A stretch of DNA of 64,000 nt from the NCBI GenBank assembly GCA_031363815.1, contig JANLVC010000122.1:913-64912 (forward strand), written 5' to 3'. The notes under the pieces were generated by a model, which was given only the letters and a program-made list of their open reading frames with translations, was not told where the DNA came from and did not search any database. This stretch comes from Gemmatimonadota bacterium. Lineage in GTDB: Bacteria > Gemmatimonadota > Gemmatimonadetes > Gemmatimonadales > Gemmatimonadaceae. Below are positions 61,078 through 64,000 of this stretch, piece after piece; position 1 is the first letter of the stretch; each line of letters starts with the position of its first letter. Position numbers and translations under genes: made by a program.

Positions 61078-61746
61078 TCAGCGGCGCGCCAACGGGGCCG
61101 GCGTCCAGTTGAAGCCGATGGCGAAGGTGTCCTGCGCGCCGGCGAGTTCCGAACCGGTAAAGGCGGCGGCCGCGCGCACGGCAAACTGCGAATTCACCTG
61201 AAAGTTGACGCCCAGATCGAAATTGAGGCTGACCTCCGACCGGCTACCGTTGTTGCGACCGCCGCTGCTGGCCACGTCAACCGACGCGCGCGGATGCACA
61301 TACGGGGTGATCGCCATGCCTTGCTCAAGATCAAACGTGTGTCCGAGGCTCACGCCCACCGGAATGCGAACGAGCGTGTAGCCGCCCCCGAACGCCGCAC
61401 CGGCACCCGCCGTGAAGAGCAGGTCGAGCGGCTGATCGCCGTTGGCCCGCGCAATCTCCTGTCCGATGCCGCCACCCACGAACACCGACAGGTTGTCACT
61501 GCCCTTCCGATCGATCAGGCCGGCGTCGAGTTGCCAGTGACGACGGGGGGCCCACCCTTCACGCCACTGGAACAACGCGGTCGTTCCCGCGCCACTGGAC
61601 ACCGCGGCGGTGTAATCACGCGTTGAGGCGGTGGGCACCTGCATCGAGGGATAGTTGGACGCCTGCGCGTTAGCGCGTTCGGTCACGGTGGCGGCGGCCA
61701 CGAGGGCGCCAAGCGTGAAGGCCACGGTCGTACGCAAGGTCATCAT
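61078..61746 (-). CDS. small outer-membrane beta-barrel protein (porin/OmpA-like barrel family)
   Basis: Signal MMTLRTTVAFTLGALVAAATVTERANAQ. Alternating hydrophobic beta-strand pattern. C-terminal ...AIGFNWTP region. Confidence 0.6.
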   Translation of the reverse strand: MMTLRTTVAFTLGALVAAATVTERANAQASNYPSMQVPTASTRDYTAAVSSGAGTTALFQWREGWAPRRHWQLDAGLIDRKGSDNLSVFVGGGIGQEIARANGDQPLDLLFTAGAGAAFGGGYTLVRIPVGVSLGHTFDLEQGMAITPYVHPRASVDVASSGGRNNGSRSEVSLNFDLGVNFQVNSQFAVRAAAAFTGSELAGAQDTFAIGFNWTPAPLARR

Positions 61747-61915
61747 CGATCAGGCTCCGGGGTACAGCGAGGTCAGAAAAAAGAATCGGCGGAAATCAAC
61801 GCCGGCCCACCGTTGTGCGCCACAGGAAGCCGGGACGAACGCGTGTTCTGCAGTTCACTACGCGGGTGACCGCCCACAGATTCTCTCACGTGAATCCGAT
61901 CTGCTCGACCACTCC

Positions 61916-64000
61916 GTGACGCGTCTCGCGCCTTTTACCACGCCGGCTCGACTTTGGTCCACGCGATGGTGCATCAGGAGGCGATTCGCCTCCCGGAACG
62001 CCCTCTGGGCGATCGCCCTCGCGACGACCGCCCTGAGCCCGCTGTTCGCGCCGGTGCGGGCGCAGTCCCGGCCATCCGCGCCGGCGGCCGAGATTGACTC
62101 ACTGATTCAGCGAGGCCTCTTTCTCGTGGCCAAGGGCGATACCGCCGAGGCGCTCGAAGTGCTGGAGCAGGCCACCGACCGTGCACCCCGAAATCTCGAG
62201 GCGCTCTACTATCGCGGCCGCCTGCTCACGCGCACGACCTCACTCGGCTTCAACAACACGCCACGGCAGGTGCTCGCCTGGCGATTGCTCAATCGGGGTG
62301 CTGACCTCGCGCCCCGCGAGGCGCGCTTTCTGCTCGAGCTGGCGCGACTACGGCTCCGCACGCCGCTACTGCGGGCTGACGCCGAGCGCCTGCTCGGCCG
62401 GGCGGTGAACGTGGCGCTCGCGGCCGCCGACAGCGCAATGATCGCCGAGTCGGCCAGTGAGTTCGGTCGGCTGTTTGAACGACGCTATCGCACCACGCGA
62501 AAGCGCCACGTCTATATCGCGAACATCTTCTTCGATCCGTACGCCGCGCGGAATCGACTGCACTATGTGCGCGAGTTCCTCGAGCATCAGATTCGCCCCA
62601 TCGAGAATGCCGGTGGCGTCGATCGGGCGGAGGCGGATCGACTGTACCGGTTGGCGTTGTCCGTGAGTCCGCAGCATGTCGCGAGCGCCGTGGGATTGCT
62701 TGGTCTGTTGTACGACGACCAGCGTTTCCCGGAAATACGGGCCGTGGCGGCGCCGTTTCTGACACCGGCGTACGCGGCGCAGCATCCGCATCCGATCCCC
62801 GCCGAGGCCGATGTGGCGTCGGTGGCCTCGATCGCGTTCGCCGATGGTCTGGCGGCCGCGCGATTGCATCTGCTATCCGACGCGCAACGCGCCTTCACGG
62901 CAGGACTCGCGCGTTTGTCGGCCGCTGAGCGCGGCGACCTGCTCGATATTTCCCGCCTGCTCCGTCCCGGCGACAGTGTGCGCGTTGCCGGTTTGACCGA
63001 CGTCTCGCGCGAGGCGACGGTGCGCTCGTTCTGGGAGGCCGCCGATCCGTTGCTCTCCACACCGGAGAATGAAGCGCAGGTCGAGTATTTCTCCCGCGTT
63101 GCGATCAGCATGCTGCGCTACGACGATGCCGAACAAGGCGTGCGTGGGTGGCGCACTGATCGCGGCGTCGTGGTGATCCGGTATGGAGAGCCGCCGGTGG
63201 AAGTTCTGCTGCCGCCGGTCAATGACATTTCCGCGCGTGATGTCACCGGTCGCGTCGTGACGGTGTTCTCCTATCCCGCACTCGAGCTGGAGTTTGTGTT
63301 TTCGGGGCCGCCCGCGATGAACATGGCCAGCTTTGCCGGCGATTTCCGAGACGTCGCAGATCAGCGGCGCAACGATGAGCCGTTCCGACTCGATGACATG
63401 GTGGCGAGAACGCGCGTCGACTCTATGAGTGTACAGGTGGCACGTTTTCGCGGTCGTAGCGCCCGCGAGTACCACGTGGTGACGGCGGCCGCCGCACGGC
63501 CGGCGCGCTTCTATGACCGGGTGGAGATCGACCGCGGTATACTCGCGATCCGGTCATTCCGGGGCTCGCCCGATCGATTCCGTCTGGTGGACTCGCAGCA
63601 GGTCACGGTCGCGCTTCCGGCAACGGGGCTGATTGAGTATCAGCGGCTCGATACGCTGCCGGTGGGTGATCACCGTGTGCGCATCGAAGTGGTCGACGCC
63701 GGCGTGCAATCGGCCGCGGCCCGTGCCAGCGTCACCTTGATGTTACCGGCCGTTCCGGATACGGCTTTTCTGCTCAGCGACGTATTGCTCGGTGCGCGCA
63801 CGCCGGGGGCGATAGGCCGCGCGCTCAAGTCGCTGGCCGATGCCGGCGTTCGTCCGTTATTCGGCACCCGCATCGCTCCGCGTGATACGTTCTCGCTGTA
63901 CGTCGAAGCGTATGGGCTCCGTCCGAATGCGCAGGGCGACGTGCAGGTCGAGATCACCCTCGCCGTCACACTGCTCGAAATCAGCCGCTCGGGTCCGACG
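61916..64000 (+). CDS. GWxTD-domain protein; 3' end runs off the window
   Basis: Manual translation. Signal-like RRRFASRNALWAIALATTALSPLFAPVRAQS and TPR-like helices. FWEAADPLLSTPENEAQVEYFSRVAISMLRYDDAEQGVRGWRTDRGVVVIRYGEPP contains the GWxTDRG motif. The frame is open to position 64000 and is not in the ORF track because there is no stop. The GTG 61916 start is tentative. Confidence 0.7.
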   Translation, partial: MTRLAPFTTPARLWSTRWCIRRRFASRNALWAIALATTALSPLFAPVRAQSRPSAPAAEIDSLIQRGLFLVAKGDTAEALEVLEQATDRAPRNLEALYYRGRLLTRTTSLGFNNTPRQVLAWRLLNRGADLAPREARFLLELARLRLRTPLLRADAERLLGRAVNVALAAADSAMIAESASEFGRLFERRYRTTRKRHVYIANIFFDPYAARNRLHYVREFLEHQIRPIENAGGVDRAEADRLYRLALSVSPQHVASAVGLLGLLYDDQRFPEIRAVAAPFLTPAYAAQHPHPIPAEADVASVASIAFADGLAAARLHLLSDAQRAFTAGLARLSAAERGDLLDISRLLRPGDSVRVAGLTDVSREATVRSFWEAADPLLSTPENEAQVEYFSRVAISMLRYDDAEQGVRGWRTDRGVVVIRYGEPPVEVLLPPVNDISARDVTGRVVTVFSYPALELEFVFSGPPAMNMASFAGDFRDVADQRRNDEPFRLDDMVARTRVDSMSVQVARFRGRSAREYHVVTAAAARPARFYDRVEIDRGILAIRSFRGSPDRFRLVDSQQVTVALPATGLIEYQRLDTLPVGDHRVRIEVVDAGVQSAAARASVTLMLPAVPDTAFLLSDVLLGARTPGAIGRALKSLADAGVRPLFGTRIAPRDTFSLYVEAYGLRPNAQGDVQVEITLAVTLLEISRSGPT

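Overview
High-GC (about two thirds G+C by eye) chromosomal segment from a diderm bacterium. The gene content (SusC/SusD pair, GWxTD, DUF4397 and CarboxypepD_reg proteins, Kdo transferase) suggests Gemmatimonadota or a relative, but this is inference only. Most of the window is core metabolism and housekeeping. There is a scattered lipoate 'supercluster': gcvP, an LplA-like catalytic-domain protein, lipA, pdhABC, lpd and lipB. Peptide uptake is represented by a five-gene Dpp/Opp-type ABC operon directly followed by a POT peptide transporter. Other core genes are dnaE, accA, metG, a PSP1/RicT-like protein, a UvrD-like helicase, an M16 peptidase, a DUF2265-type aminopeptidase, waaA, a DsbA-like oxidoreductase and a CitMHS transporter. 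Envelope and accessory content: two lipoproteins of about 1160 aa (one ending in a metzincin-like protease, one with Big_2 domains), an Omp85/POTRA protein coupled to a PspA-like protein, and a GT2 glycosyltransferase with a roughly 420-aa charged low-complexity tail. It also includes a TPM-nucleotidyltransferase-LemA operon and a five-gene SusC/SusD-type locus with no recognisable glycoside hydrolase. I found no rRNA, tRNA, CRISPR array, transposase or integrase. I see no single unambiguous novel system. The best leads are: (i) two families of long tandem structured repeats in intergenic DNA (2 x ~170 bp at 27.4 kb with C-tract/G-tract hairpin arms; 2 x ~157 bp at 51.4 kb with nested palindromes); (ii) the translationally coupled TPM-NTase-LemA module; (iii) the GT2 enzyme fused to a long Arg/Asp/Glu-rich disordered tail, whose RRRGRRGRRGG-type motif recurs at the C-terminus of the PSP1/RicT-like protein; (iv) a degraded DUF4143-type AAA+ ATPase and a large repeat-containing protease inserted between pdhC and lpd. 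All functional calls come from reading the translated ORFs for motifs. No database search was run.
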